64,000 bases of DNA from an uncultured Bacillota bacterium (GCA_946614255.1 CAMOGS010000048.1:18-64017), one strand, 5' to 3'; shown: positions 29,201 through 38,245, numbered from the stretch's first letter. Numbers and translations are program-made. Notes: generated from the letters alone by a model not told the origin.

Positions 29201-30454
29201 AAAGATATCGCTTTCGCTGAACTTTACATATGGGTCTTCTGTGAATACACGCTTTGGTCCTTGTGAGAAATAATCAAATGCGCCTGTATATCCCGTGAGA
29301 TATCCCGACTCAGGAATACCGTTTTCGCTTGCGCTCGAGCTGCCGCTACTGTGGCTGCCCGAAGTCTGCGCTGCAGTGCCCTCTACAGTCACGCTGCCGC
29401 CTTCGAAGCTTACCTTTCCGGCGTCAATTGTGGCATTTTGGGAAACCTCCACCTTTTCGAAAACCTGCTCGGAGGCTACACTGCTCGCATTTCCGCTGCC
29501 TGCATCAGCCTTTGCATCGCTTATTGCCTGCAAGGTTTCTTCGGTCTTTGCAGTTTCCTGCTGCTCCTGCTCTGCGATGGCTTTGTCGAGTGCCTGCGGA
29601 TCGCTTGCCATTTCTGTAACCTGCTGCTTTGCGCTATCCGATACATTGAGCGTATCAAGCACCGTTTCGCCCACCTTTTCGAGAATCTGAGCAACGCTCG
29701 AGGTAAGTGCCTCGGCTACGGATGTACCCTGCTTGATTGCAGCATTTTCGATGATGGCTCTCGCGCCGAAGTTGTCGACAACGAGATCTCCCTTTACAAG
29801 AGTCTGCCCGGCTCCCGTGGTTTCCGCTGCTTTGTTTACGGCAAGCTGCTGACCTGCGGAAAGGCCGGTGGGCATGGCATTACCCATGCCTGTCTTTACA
29901 TCGGTAAATCCCGAAAAGAGCTGCATCGAAGTCTTTGGCATCAGTACATTTGCCAGCTGCGATTTCTGCGAGCCTGCGCGCTGTATAGCCTCAAGCACCT
30001 TTTCGAGGACAACCCTTATTGTGCCGCTCGTTCCGCGGACACCGGTTGTGAGGTTACTCGTCTTTATGTTCATTGACTCACTGCCTGAAAGCTTTTTGTC
30101 TACATCAAAGAACAGCTGCCCGCTTTTGACATTTATTTCTATTTTCTTTCCCGACTTTTCTATCTTTACCTTCGTATTCTGGTCGAGCTTTAACGCTTTT
30201 GCATCATCGAGACTGATGTAGCAATACGAAGCCACACCCGTCTTTACGGTATAGCCCGAAAGGAGCTTTGTACCGTCGCTGACGTTTACGTCCTTGCCCT
30301 TTTCGGTCGTGATGCTGACTTTTCCGTCAAAGCCCGCAATCTTCATCACAGTCGCAGTCGTGCTTCCCGCAGACGAGCCTGCCGCAAATGCGGAGCCTGC
30401 GCCGAAGGTAAATACGAGAGCAAGTATTAATACTAAACTTACTATCCTTTTCAT
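26246..30454 (-). CDS. Giant secreted repeat protein, paralog 3 (1402 aa; FecR-like domain, two YDG-like modules, divergent Ig-like/beta-sandwich-rich C-terminal half)
   Basis: Signal peptide MKRIVSLVLILALVFTFGAGSAFA. The FecR-like block is about 80 percent identical to its paralogs at DNA level. GYLTGYTGAFD and GWITGYTGTYDGQDH modules. The C-terminal 650 aa are unrelated to paralogs 1 and 2. Confidence 0.85.
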   Translation of the reverse strand: MKRIVSLVLILALVFTFGAGSAFAAGSSAGSTTATVMKIAGFDGKVSITTEKGKDVNVSDGTKLLSGYTVKTGVASYCYISLDDAKALKLDQNTKVKIEKSGKKIEINVKSGQLFFDVDKKLSGSESMNIKTSNLTTGVRGTSGTIRVVLEKVLEAIQRAGSQKSQLANVLMPKTSMQLFSGFTDVKTGMGNAMPTGLSAGQQLAVNKAAETTGAGQTLVKGDLVVDNFGARAIIENAAIKQGTSVAEALTSSVAQILEKVGETVLDTLNVSDSAKQQVTEMASDPQALDKAIAEQEQQETAKTEETLQAISDAKADAGSGNASSVASEQVFEKVEVSQNATIDAGKVSFEGGSVTVEGTAAQTSGSHSSGSSSASENGIPESGYLTGYTGAFDYFSQGPKRVFTEDPYVKFSESDIFVFKTVEEYTSFAAVLADAKANYEEVKVSLAEAGEPEPDYYRLVVEQYLLYNNEFRNNYCNEHDISDNRQDISEVMYVADSGDYPYYAIGHTAPYEEKTGTLHVRISRKELEVRWVDASGNEVTGNSGTFPSDTTEIPVSAQLGIVSPDGIFEPISMDIAGFDDNGQPTEIFTLAPGYASGFKLTANSGTVKVNCIAVTTPSSIGHGIPIVDPEPEYVYETPNFSLTGEYTYSYTIEPGWITGYTGTYDGQDHPAFNLTEDQANNYYIFCFDGSSSSERQKYRNIATSWSALRSQGLNLDEVITRLSSTASGGFGWDFYDPAGSYETVRSVSRTGRYLYYAIPKQGNLNDIKTGGTPVVIEPADLYIGWGMYNFGAGTYTDVPSDSTLTLNDYGYVDVGPYTYMLGTGGAKVPVSLGSGYSLVTSNPVEGSDGLYTVKVTGIEYMNPKMGGATVTPLNEGGNCPANDGNCNVIGSNLTFTYRLAEGNPITSQPILSSNIVGFADGYPQVACRADGFDITLKLAEAADTEVYGIFVGKRGNGYPDSYDVLHGHSNYVNQASALVYGRIDSADEETISIDFNEWQDADSGAFFAFILKQGNVISDQPIFVAASQQFGELYITGTENARDTVAPRILSAFLNGARNKIVVEMSEDVDVPTNGEGFGFTGAAGTISSVSVSTTAAVSGRTRYFMELGVESLEGMNMGLTYNGTAVADTNGNPMAAITAENPIPIQDSAVNIDSVAASEDRSLIRVDLRGRLLNPTTNGTYMIKYGTSWDNSTQIQGSDMDWTDEFRWNDNHTQQLGTTFFHIDEDWLPSEVPEGRFFVRLNSGSKNMALETIEVDSEPVGATAILAATTQEPSPSAVYDSSDATLTLTFEEGSMLEVGSSIVGGAVNCRFYIIDGDGKLFRLRGNYTDRYAHSLVFDNTGEYGMSGFGFDPDEVNWEGATLGYTSRIHEDDGLYYFDELLAADGTIITELTDIPITVVP

Positions 30455-30470
30455 TGTCTGTTCTCCAAAC

Positions 30471-31976
30471 TTACTTTACATCCGAAAGGTTCTTTAGAAT
30501 CTGCGCAACCTCTGCTCTGGTAGCAGTGTCACCGGCTGCCAGATTTCCGTCTTTACCCTTTATTACGCCCTTTCCGACTGCCCAGATCAGAGCATCCTTT
30601 GCCCATGACGGAGCCTTGTCCGCATCAGGCATGGCGTTAAAGCTTTCCTTTGCTGCACTGCTGAGCGTAGTATCCATCTTCATCAGCTTTGCATAAGAAT
30701 ATATGATTGCTGCCATCTGGCCGCGTGTAACATTGTCATTTGGTGCGAAAAGTCCGCCGCCTATGCCGTTTACCAGGCCATTGTCAGCAGCCCATGCAGC
30801 CGGGCCCGCATAGTAAGCACTGTCTGCCACGTCGCTGAACTTACTGTCGCCGCCGATAATTTCGCCTGCGTAGGTCTTTTCATAAAGCCTGCCAATGACT
30901 GTCACGAACATGCCGCGTGTCATGCTTGCCTGAGGCGAGAACATGCCCTTTGCGGTGCCGTTAAAGAGGCCTCCCGTGTAAGCATAGTCCACCGCATCAT
31001 AGTACCAAGCCTTTGCCGGCACGTCATAGAAGTCAGAGACCGACTTTGCCTCAGCCGAAAGGTCCAGAACTACAACTCCCGCATCGCTGTCGGCCACATA
31101 GAGCTTGCCATCCGAGATAGCCATATCTGCCGGGTCAGCCGGGAATGTATCGAGTGCCTTTGCATCAGCCTTTAAGAAGGTGGAAACTGTGCCGTCCTCA
31201 ATCACACGGATTGCATTGTTTCCGCAGTCGCCGACATAGAGCTTGTTTGAAGCTTTATCAAAGGCAAGTCCTGTCGGATTGAGGAAAAGTGCCTTGCTGC
31301 CGATTCCGTCAATATACCCGCCGTCAGCAGATGCGCCGGCAATGATGGAAAGAGCTTTGCCGTCGTATTTCAATACTCTGTGATTGCCCGTGTCTGCAAT
31401 ATAAAGGTTTTTACCGTCCCATGCGAGACCCTTTGGTGCGGAAAGACCGCTGACGATTGTCGCTACCTTTCCGTCCTTTGTGAGAGACAGAACTCTGTCA
31501 TTGCCTGTGTCAGCAATGTAGAGTGTGCCTTTACCGTCGCTTGCAAGAGCAGTCGGAAGTGAGAGCTTTGCTTCTTTACCGAGCAGCGTCTTTACACTGC
31601 CGCCTTCAATGTAGCGAAGGAGATTGTTTGCAGTGTCGCTCACCGCAAGGCCGTTCATGAAGCCTTCGATGTCGGTCGGACGGTTAAAGAGTGCCTTTGC
31701 GTTTTCGCTGTCAAGGAAACCGCCTGCCGCTTCGCCGAGCATGTCCTCAGGAAGGAGCTTTCCCGCAAAATCGGTCCACTCACTGCTGCCCTTTGCCTCT
31801 TTCATAATGAGGTTTGAAAGGTGGTCGACCGCATAGATATCGCCTGCCGCATCAACGTAGATGCCCGTTACTTCCTTGAACGTAACGCCTGTTTCATCTT
31901 CGCCTGCTGCAAATGCAGGAACACCCATTGCAAATACCATTACCGCTGCCATAAGGCACGCCAAAAGTCTTTTCAT
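30471..31976 (-). CDS. NHL-repeat beta-propeller protein with three C-terminal SLH domains
   Basis: Signal peptide. NHL repeats (LYIADTGNDRVL, LYIADTGNHRVLKY, LYVGDCGNNAIRVI). Three SLH-like repeats (FYDVPAKAWYYDAVDY..., FSDVADSAYYAGPAAW..., PSWAKDALIWAVGKGVIKG). Its stop lies 16 nt from the start of giant gene 3. Confidence 0.85.
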   Translation of the reverse strand: MKRLLACLMAAVMVFAMGVPAFAAGEDETGVTFKEVTGIYVDAAGDIYAVDHLSNLIMKEAKGSSEWTDFAGKLLPEDMLGEAAGGFLDSENAKALFNRPTDIEGFMNGLAVSDTANNLLRYIEGGSVKTLLGKEAKLSLPTALASDGKGTLYIADTGNDRVLSLTKDGKVATIVSGLSAPKGLAWDGKNLYIADTGNHRVLKYDGKALSIIAGASADGGYIDGIGSKALFLNPTGLAFDKASNKLYVGDCGNNAIRVIEDGTVSTFLKADAKALDTFPADPADMAISDGKLYVADSDAGVVVLDLSAEAKSVSDFYDVPAKAWYYDAVDYAYTGGLFNGTAKGMFSPQASMTRGMFVTVIGRLYEKTYAGEIIGGDSKFSDVADSAYYAGPAAWAADNGLVNGIGGGLFAPNDNVTRGQMAAIIYSYAKLMKMDTTLSSAAKESFNAMPDADKAPSWAKDALIWAVGKGVIKGKDGNLAAGDTATRAEVAQILKNLSDVK

Positions 31977-32104
31977 AGTATTTTCTCCATTTCATTATTA
32001 TATTACCTACCGGAGCGCCAATTATCCCGCTCGGCATCCCGGGAATTGATACACCAATCCAAGTTATTATTATAATATAAAACAAATTAATTGAAAAGTA
32101 TATA

Positions 32105-32139
32105 AAATCCACTTTGGGGGCAAATTCCAAAGTGGATTT
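32105..32139 (-). terminator. Terminator downstream of polC
   Basis: 13-bp stem AAATCCACTTTGG/CCAAAGTGGATTT with a 9-nt loop. Confidence 0.55.
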
Positions 32140-32164
32140 AAAGTGGATTTATAAAGCTTTTTTG

Positions 32165-35100
32165 TTAAAAAAGCGAAAGCTGGTCGGTTTCGGGCAGGCC
32201 GTTTAACAGACCGTTTGCCCGAAGCACTTCAATAGCGGATTTGTTCTGACCGCCGCGGATTCGAACATCCTCGACAGTTTCGTAAGGGCGCTCTCTGTAG
32301 CCGCAAACAAGTGCGTTTGCAGCTGTTTCGCCCATTCCCGTCAGTGCCAGGAAAGGAAGCAGCACGCGGGCCTTACCATGCTCGGCTTCGCCTGCCTTGC
32401 CATAGTCCTTTTCGTCTGCGGTTGCGCTTTCCGGGTAGTGGATTTTGAACTTTGTCGCATCGGAAAGCTCAAACGATGCGGGCTCGAACTCAAAGCCTCT
32501 CGCAAACATTTCGTATGCAACCTCGTAAACGAGATATTCGTCGCCTTCCTTTTGTGAAGCCTCTTTGCCCTTTGCCTCTATCAATTCCATTTCCTTTAGC
32601 ACGGCATTTTTGCCGCGAAGGATAACCTCTGAATTGAAGTTGTCTATTTTAGTGGTAAAATAAACTGCATAAAACGCTGCAGGGAAATGTACCTTGAACC
32701 ATGCGAGTCTGAATGACATCATTACATATGCCACCGCATGGGCGCGCGGGAACATGTACTCGATTCTTTGGCAGGATTCGATATACCAGTCCGGGACATC
32801 GTTTTTCTGCATCAAAGCCTTCCATTCATCCCATTCCTTGCACTTTCCCTTTGCAACCTTTCCCTTTCGGACATTCTCCATGATTTTGAAGGCTGTCTTG
32901 TTTGGCAGGCCCTTCAGAATCAGGTAGTTCATAATGTCGTCACGGGTTGATATTACTTCCTTCATTGTGGCATCGCCGCTCTTTATGAATTCCTTTGCGT
33001 TACCCAGCCACACCCCGGTTCCATGCGAAAAGCCCGAAAGGCGAACCAGGTCGGCAAACTTGTCAGGCTTTGTATCGTCGAGCATGCCGCGTACAAAGGA
33101 TGTTCCAAACTCAGGGATAGCATAGCTGCCGTGAGTGAATTTGTAATCCGGATCCTCTATCGAGAGTGACTCTATGCCGTTAAATATCTTTAATACATCC
33201 TTGTCGGAAAGGTCTGTATCCTGAGGGTCAATACCCGTTAATTCCTGAAGCTGTCTGATCTGCGAAGGCACATCATGACCGAGTATATCGAGCTTTAACA
33301 GGTTCTCGTCAATCTTGTGATAATCAAAATGTGTCGTTATCATATCCGATTTGACATCGTTTGCAGGATGCTGCACCGGACAGAATTCATAGATTTCATG
33401 ATCGTCCGGGCATATTACCATGCCGCCCGGGTGCTGACCTGTCGTGCGCTTTACGCCCGTGCAGCCCTTTGCCAGCCTGTCCGCCTCGAATTTGTTTACC
33501 GGAATACCTCTTTCCTCATGGTATTTCATTACATAGCCGTAAGCGGTTTTATCCGCTACCGTGCCTACGGTTCCGGCTTTGAATACGTTCTTTTCACCGA
33601 AGATTTCGCCTACGTATCTATGCGCAATCGGCTGATATTCACCCGCGAAATTAAGGTCGATATCAGGCTCCTTGTCGCCTTCGAATCCGAGGAAGGTTTC
33701 AAAAGGAATGGTAAAGCCGTCCCTCTTCATCATTGTGCCGCATTCGGGACATTTGCGCGGAGGCATATCGTTTCCGCAGTCGTATTCTCCCGCTCCGTAA
33801 ATGTCGTCGCCCCATTCGAGCTTTTTGCAGGCGGGACAGATATAGTGAACAGGCAGCGGATTAACCTCCGTAATCCCGGCCATGGTAGCCGCAAAGGATG
33901 AACCTACGGAACCACGCGAGCCTACCAGATATCCGTCGTCATTCGATTTTTTTACCAGCATCTGTGCCGAAACATACATCACGGCATAGCCGTTGTCGCA
34001 GACCGAGTTTACCTCTCTGTCGAGTCTGTCCTGAATGAACGGCGGCAGCGGATCGCCGTATATTTTGTGAGCCCTGTCGTAGCAGGTCTTTTTCAGTGTT
34101 TCTACTGCACCGTCGATTTTCGGAGGATACTTGCCCTTTGGCACCGGCAGAATCTCTTCCGTCATGTTCATGATAGCCTGCGTGTTTTCGACAACCACGC
34201 GGCGTGCTGTTTCTTCGCCGAGATATGCGAACTCTTCGAGCATTTCGTCGGTGGTGCGCATGTAGAGGCCTTCGCCGTCTTCCGCATCCTTGTAGCCCAT
34301 GCCCGCCATCAGTATGTTGCGATAAATCGCATCGTCAGGCTCGGCATAGTGTGAGTCGGTCGTCGCACAGACGGGCTTTCCGAGCTTGTCCGCGAGTGCC
34401 ACTATGCGGCGGTTTATATCGCGCAGACCTTCGATGTCCTGCACGCGGCGGCTCCTGTGCTCGCCCTTTGCCGTAACCGTGTCTTCCGTCAGGAAGCGGT
34501 TGTTTATCAGAGGCTGAATCTCAAGGTAGTCGTAAAATGATGCGACTTTCTCGATTTCGGATTCTTCCTTGCCTTCGAGAATTGCCTCGTAAAGCTCGCC
34601 CGCAGAGCAGGCGGAGCCCAGTATCAGACCCTCTCTGTGCGCCTCGATGACGGAGCGCGGGAGCCTCGGTTTTTTATAGAAATAATTAAGATGCGAATAT
34701 GAAACCAGCTTGTAGAGGTTTTTGAGCCCTGTCTGGTTTTTTGCGATGATTATAATGTGGTACGAGCGCTGAGTTTTATACTCGATTTTGCCGTCGTCAC
34801 CCTCGTAGCCCTCGGATTCCACTAGGTAGCCTTCCATGCCGTAGATAATCTTTATCGGCCTGCCTGCCTTTGCTTCATCCTGCGCCTGGCTGTGCGCATC
34901 CGGGAATGCCTGTACCACTCCGTGGTCGGTGACTGCGACTGCCGGCTGTCCCCACATGGCAGCTGTGTGAACGAGGTTTTTGACAGGGTTTAATCCGTCC
35001 ATCGCACTCATCTGAGTATGCGCATGAAGCTCCACTCTCTTTTCCTCGCAGGTATCCTTTCTGCCGACAGGGCGCTCGCCTTTTTCTATTGAATCTATCA

Positions 35101-36106
35101 TGGCGATGAGAGCTTTTTCGTACTCGTCGTACTTCATTTCGCCGTGAACCTTTACATAGTCGCCCTCCTGGAGGTTATTATTTATATCGTCCCATTTTTG
35201 CGGCAGGCAAAAGCATTTTAAGCCGATGCTCGTCTTTCCGTCCGTGATGGCCAGGCTGACGAGCTTTTTTGCGCCGTTTTGAACGTCTCTTTCGCTCTTT
35301 TCAAAGAGTATGCCGCGTAGGTTTACCATGCCCGTCTCGGCTGTAACGGTGCGCATGTCGGTGAATGCCGCATCGTCTCCTATAGGCTTTCCCATAATCA
35401 GATCGCCCTCTACAGGCTGGTATTTATCCTTTTTGCGCCATCCGCCCTGAGGTCTTGCGTTTTCTCCGCTTTTGCCCTCGCCAGAAGCCTTGGCAGCGCT
35501 GCCGCCGTATACCCTGTTTGGATCGCTTGCTGCCTCCTGCGCCAGCTTTGCGGCTGCGGCAAGCTCTGCGGCGTATGCGGCTTCTCTCGCCTCTTCACTC
35601 TTTCTGGTATATTCTTCGTCGTTTATGAAGACGATTTTTTGCGTTATGCCAAAGTCGCGGCTGAGGATTTCCTGAAAGCGGTAAGCGACCTCTGCATTCA
35701 GTCTGCCGACTACCGTTTCACCGACTGCCTTTATTGTTATTTTGCCCTCCGCCTCGTCGATTTTTGCGCTGTCGCAGTGAATTGTCCGCGTAAGCGGTGA
35801 AAAATCGCCGTTTATCTCTGCGATTGCGCGTGGCAGTGCCAGCCGCAGAATATCGGATTTATTCAAAGCCAGGTCCTTGTATATGTATTCGATGTTAACG
35901 CTCTTTAGCCCCGGAACTCCGCAGGTAAGCTGAGCCTTTAGCTTTTTCTCGTCCTCGAGCGGCATGATAAAATTGAGCTCCAGCTTTAATTCAAAGCAGC
36001 TCTTTTCCGTCAGGAGTACTGCCGAGCACACCTTGCAGCGCAGCTTTTCCCTGTCATAGTTTCCGATTTTATCCCAGCTTATTGCGTTTTCAATCAGGCT
36101 TATCAT
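32165..36106 (-). CDS. polC: PolC-type DNA polymerase III alpha subunit lacking the 3-prime-5-prime exonuclease insert
   Basis: N-terminal domain and OB fold precede the PHP domain (HAHTQMSAMDG, VTDHG). Also present are the PolC Zn-finger CPACKK...CPECG and the palm motif PDIDLNF. Only 17 aa separate IYGMEGYLVE from SYHIIIIAKNQTGLKNLYKLVS, the position where the DnaQ-like domain normally sits. 1313 aa. Confidence 0.9.
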   Translation of the reverse strand: MISLIENAISWDKIGNYDREKLRCKVCSAVLLTEKSCFELKLELNFIMPLEDEKKLKAQLTCGVPGLKSVNIEYIYKDLALNKSDILRLALPRAIAEINGDFSPLTRTIHCDSAKIDEAEGKITIKAVGETVVGRLNAEVAYRFQEILSRDFGITQKIVFINDEEYTRKSEEAREAAYAAELAAAAKLAQEAASDPNRVYGGSAAKASGEGKSGENARPQGGWRKKDKYQPVEGDLIMGKPIGDDAAFTDMRTVTAETGMVNLRGILFEKSERDVQNGAKKLVSLAITDGKTSIGLKCFCLPQKWDDINNNLQEGDYVKVHGEMKYDEYEKALIAMIDSIEKGERPVGRKDTCEEKRVELHAHTQMSAMDGLNPVKNLVHTAAMWGQPAVAVTDHGVVQAFPDAHSQAQDEAKAGRPIKIIYGMEGYLVESEGYEGDDGKIEYKTQRSYHIIIIAKNQTGLKNLYKLVSYSHLNYFYKKPRLPRSVIEAHREGLILGSACSAGELYEAILEGKEESEIEKVASFYDYLEIQPLINNRFLTEDTVTAKGEHRSRRVQDIEGLRDINRRIVALADKLGKPVCATTDSHYAEPDDAIYRNILMAGMGYKDAEDGEGLYMRTTDEMLEEFAYLGEETARRVVVENTQAIMNMTEEILPVPKGKYPPKIDGAVETLKKTCYDRAHKIYGDPLPPFIQDRLDREVNSVCDNGYAVMYVSAQMLVKKSNDDGYLVGSRGSVGSSFAATMAGITEVNPLPVHYICPACKKLEWGDDIYGAGEYDCGNDMPPRKCPECGTMMKRDGFTIPFETFLGFEGDKEPDIDLNFAGEYQPIAHRYVGEIFGEKNVFKAGTVGTVADKTAYGYVMKYHEERGIPVNKFEADRLAKGCTGVKRTTGQHPGGMVICPDDHEIYEFCPVQHPANDVKSDMITTHFDYHKIDENLLKLDILGHDVPSQIRQLQELTGIDPQDTDLSDKDVLKIFNGIESLSIEDPDYKFTHGSYAIPEFGTSFVRGMLDDTKPDKFADLVRLSGFSHGTGVWLGNAKEFIKSGDATMKEVISTRDDIMNYLILKGLPNKTAFKIMENVRKGKVAKGKCKEWDEWKALMQKNDVPDWYIESCQRIEYMFPRAHAVAYVMMSFRLAWFKVHFPAAFYAVYFTTKIDNFNSEVILRGKNAVLKEMELIEAKGKEASQKEGDEYLVYEVAYEMFARGFEFEPASFELSDATKFKIHYPESATADEKDYGKAGEAEHGKARVLLPFLALTGMGETAANALVCGYRERPYETVEDVRIRGGQNKSAIEVLRANGLLNGLPETDQLSLF

Positions 36107-37212
36107 TAATTAGTATCCTTTAGTATCCTTTTCTTTACCATTTCGGTCAGTTCTTCGGTGATTTTGTCCTCCGAAACGGCTTTAATTATTTCGCCCTTTG
36201 CGAAAATCAGGCCCTTGCCGTCGCCGCCCGCAACTCCGAGATCTGCCTCTTTGGCTTCTCCGGGACCGTTTACGGCGCAGCCCATAACGGCTACCTTAAG
36301 GCTCTTCCCTGCTGCCGCCAGCATTTCATCAAACGGGGCGAGTGCTCTTTCCACATCCGAAGCGATACGCACCAGGTCTACCCTCGTGCGTCCGCAGGTA
36401 GGGCACGAAACGAGGTCTATGCCTGTCTTTCTGAGCCCTATCGACTTTAGTATTGCCTTTGCGGCATAGATTTCTTCAATCGGGTCTGCCGTCAGAGAAA
36501 CCCGCATTGTGTCTCCGATTCCGCAAAGCAGCAGCGCTCCTATTCCGGCTGCGCTCTTGATTTTCCCCATTGAAAGCGTTCCCGCCTCAGTCACTCCGAT
36601 GTGGAGCGGGTGATCGGTCTTTTCGGAAACCAGCCTGCAAGCTTCAAAGTTCATGCGAACATCGGATGACTTCATGGATATGACGATGTCGCCAAAGTCC
36701 ATGTCTTCGACCAGCTTTACGTTTCTGAGTGCGCTTTCAGCAAGACCTTTTGCCGTAACTCCGCCCTCGCGAGTCAATATATCCTTTTCGAGCGATCCGC
36801 CGTTCACACCGATGCGAATCGGTATATGTCTTTCCTTTGCAGCATCTACTACGGCTCTTACTCTGCCCGTATCCCCGATGTTGCCCGGATTTATGCGAAT
36901 CTTGTCTGCGCCGTTTTTTATTGCCGCAAGTGCGAGACGGTAATCAAAGTGAATGTCGGCAACAACGGGTATGGTCAGTCCGCATTTCCTTAGCTCACGG
37001 ATTGTAACGCCCAGTGCATCCGCAGCTTCGCTGTCCGGCACCGCGAGTCTGATTATCTCGCAGCCCGCCTCGGAGAGACGCTTTATCTGCTCTACGCATG
37101 CCCTGCTGTCTCTTGTGTCGACATTACACATGGATTGTATGGAAATCGGCGCTGTGCCGCCTATTGCCACATCGCCGCATAATACCTTGTGAGTTTTTCT
37201 GTGTTCGTTCAT
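36106..37212 (-). CDS. ispG: 4-hydroxy-3-methylbut-2-enyl diphosphate synthase
   Basis: 368 aa. IRINPGNIG, the CPTCGR cluster motif and GCAVNGPGE. Its stop overlaps the polC ATG (TAATG). Confidence 0.93.
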   Translation of the reverse strand: MNEHRKTHKVLCGDVAIGGTAPISIQSMCNVDTRDSRACVEQIKRLSEAGCEIIRLAVPDSEAADALGVTIRELRKCGLTIPVVADIHFDYRLALAAIKNGADKIRINPGNIGDTGRVRAVVDAAKERHIPIRIGVNGGSLEKDILTREGGVTAKGLAESALRNVKLVEDMDFGDIVISMKSSDVRMNFEACRLVSEKTDHPLHIGVTEAGTLSMGKIKSAAGIGALLLCGIGDTMRVSLTADPIEEIYAAKAILKSIGLRKTGIDLVSCPTCGRTRVDLVRIASDVERALAPFDEMLAAAGKSLKVAVMGCAVNGPGEAKEADLGVAGGDGKGLIFAKGEIIKAVSEDKITEELTEMVKKRILKDTN

Positions 37213-37223
37213 ACTGATATCCT

Positions 37224-38243
37224 TTAGCCCAATAATCTTCCTATATCATGGTATGTTACAAATATCAAAAGCACCACCAAAAGCATCATACCCGCAAAAT
37301 GGAATTTGCTTTCGATTGAGTCCGTTATAGCCCTTCCTGTCAGCTTTCTGATGATGACGAATACTATTCTGCCGCCGTCGAGTGCAGGGAAAGGCAGGAG
37401 GTTGATTATACCCAGGTTCAGGCTGATCAGAGCTGCTATATAGGCCACGTAGACAATGCCCCGGCTAACCGACATTTCGATTACCTGAACTATGCCCACA
37501 GGGCCTGAAAGGTCGCTTGCCGAGCCGTGCCCCGTTACGAGATTTCCCAGCGAATCGAGCATCAGGCCGCCCAGATTCCACGTTCCCCTGACTCCCAAAT
37601 AGAGTGAGTAAAGCGGTCTGTGCTCTGCCTTTGGCATGATGCCGATCATGTAACGCTGCTCGTCCTCGTTAAACTGTGGAACGACTGAAAAGCTCAGACT
37701 TTCGCCGCCGCGAAGGACTTGCACGTCAAGCGCAGTGTCTGCCTTTGAGCGTTCAGCGAGGGTGGTTGTGATGTCAGCCCAGTCGCTTGTCTTAATGCCG
37801 TCTATGCTGATGATTTTATCGCCTGCCTCGATGCCTGCCGATGCGGCAGGAGAGTCTGCAATAACGCTTGAAAGCGTGTTCCCGACGGTTCCTGCAATCA
37901 GCGCAATCATCGCCATCAAAAGGATGCAGAGTATGAAATTCATCGCTGCGCCCGCTACGAGAACGCAAATCTTTTGCCACCATGGTTTTGTGACAAAATC
38001 TCCCTCTTTTCCCGTCTCTTCGTCCTCGCCTCCGAGCATACAGTATCCGCCGATTGGCAGTCCCCTGAGCGAATACATCGTCTCACCGCGCTGCTTTTGC
38101 CAAATCAGCGGGCCCATGCCGAGCGAAAACTCGTCGACTCTCGTTTTAAATGCCTTTGCGACTATGAAATGTCCAAACTCATGGACGAAAATCAGTAGCA
38201 GAAAAATCAGTACTGTTGCCAGAATTGTAAATATAACATGCAT
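37224..38243 (-). CDS. rseP: RIP zinc metalloprotease RseP/RasP
   Basis: HEFGH motif in TM1, one PDZ domain (AGIEAGDKIISIDG), and NLLPFPALDGG. Confidence 0.92.
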   Translation of the reverse strand: MHVIFTILATVLIFLLLIFVHEFGHFIVAKAFKTRVDEFSLGMGPLIWQKQRGETMYSLRGLPIGGYCMLGGEDEETGKEGDFVTKPWWQKICVLVAGAAMNFILCILLMAMIALIAGTVGNTLSSVIADSPAASAGIEAGDKIISIDGIKTSDWADITTTLAERSKADTALDVQVLRGGESLSFSVVPQFNEDEQRYMIGIMPKAEHRPLYSLYLGVRGTWNLGGLMLDSLGNLVTGHGSASDLSGPVGIVQVIEMSVSRGIVYVAYIAALISLNLGIINLLPFPALDGGRIVFVIIRKLTGRAITDSIESKFHFAGMMLLVVLLIFVTYHDIGRLLG

Positions 38244-38245
38244 CT

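Noticed and set aside
18510-30454. Diversity-generating retroelement or invertase-driven phase variation acting on the giant surface-protein genes
   Set aside because: The island has no reverse transcriptase, no template/variable repeat pair with adenine-specific differences, no recombinase gene, and no inverted repeats flanking the promoters. Only homologous-recombination potential is supported.
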